Positions 63,529-64,000 of a DNA stretch of 64,000 bases are shown here, one piece after another. Positions within the stretch are counted from its first letter, which is position 1. Each line of letters begins with the position of its first letter. Under the pieces are notes generated by a model. That model worked only from the letters and a program-made list of their open reading frames with translations. It searched no databases and was not told the origin of the DNA. The position numbers and the translations under genes were made by a program. The stretch covers positions 39,184,001 to 39,248,000 of the forward strand of contig NC_135761.1 in assembly GCF_052425735.1 (NCBI RefSeq). The letters are read 5' to 3'. The DNA comes from Oculina patagonica (taxonomy: Eukaryota).

Positions 63529-63975
63529 CCCAGTTGGGGGGGGGGCATTCGGGATTTAAAGTTACGGGGATGATCGAAGGATTTTTTTGGGTTTGAAATT
63601 TTCGATTCCGTGATTTTTTTTGGGTAGCAAAATTTGGCAAGTATTTTATTGGGTGGCTTGATTTAACTAGGGATTTTTGGGGGTATTACAAACAATCTCA
63701 AAATTCGTGGCAATGCTTTGACCACATAGTTCTGTGATTTAAGTACAAACACTCAACGTGTTTCTAATGTGTTTTTTTGTGTGTGTTATATCTTATATTC
63801 CCCCTTTCTGATTTATTTCGTGGCTTAGAAATTTGAAATGGTATTTTTGGGGGGTTGGTTTTTGGTCCAGGGTTTTTTGGGGTTTTGTTGGAAGCCTCAG
63901 GGATTTTTTTGGGTCATGATTTTCGCTCCCATTCGATCATACCCGTCATTTGAAATCCCGAGTACCCCCCATGAG
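63529..63975. mobile_element. 447-bp MITE with 8-bp TSD
   Basis: About 45-bp imperfect TIRs (CCCAG..GGGG..TCGGGATTT..ACGGG.ATGATCGAA). CTCAACCC at 63521-63528 and 63976-63983. Confidence 0.85.
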
Positions 63976-64000
63976 CTCAACCCAAGGTCCAGATCCTTAC

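Overview
AT-rich animal genomic DNA with one 186-N gap (15053-15238). The repeat families and protein types suggest a cnidarian, probably a stony coral; this is inference. I recognise no conserved single-copy host gene, tRNA, rRNA or CRISPR array. The window is a dense mosaic of mostly truncated mobile-element fragments: L1/Tx1, CR1/L2, RTE, Penelope, Gypsy, BEL/Pao, DIRS/Ngaro, Kolobok, Academ, Sola, P, Harbinger/ISL2EU, EnSpm/CACTA, MULE, KDZ and several MITEs. It also holds cargo-type pseudogenes (two PIF1 helicases, RecQ, a kinase, a RING-TRAF). Main observations: (1) about 30 orientable fragments lie on the + strand against 2-3 on the - strand, which resembles a flamenco-like uni-strand piRNA cluster. 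(2) A 6.7-kb Kolobok-type element carries an intact six-exon 141-aa accessory gene that the ORF track misses. (3) A clean 391-bp inversion lies inside a SWIM-finger gene. (4) A minimal hammerhead ribozyme sits at the 3' end of a Penelope element. (5) One unknown coding module occurs three times, twice at the breakpoint of a helicase. All family assignments come from motif recognition by eye, not database searches.
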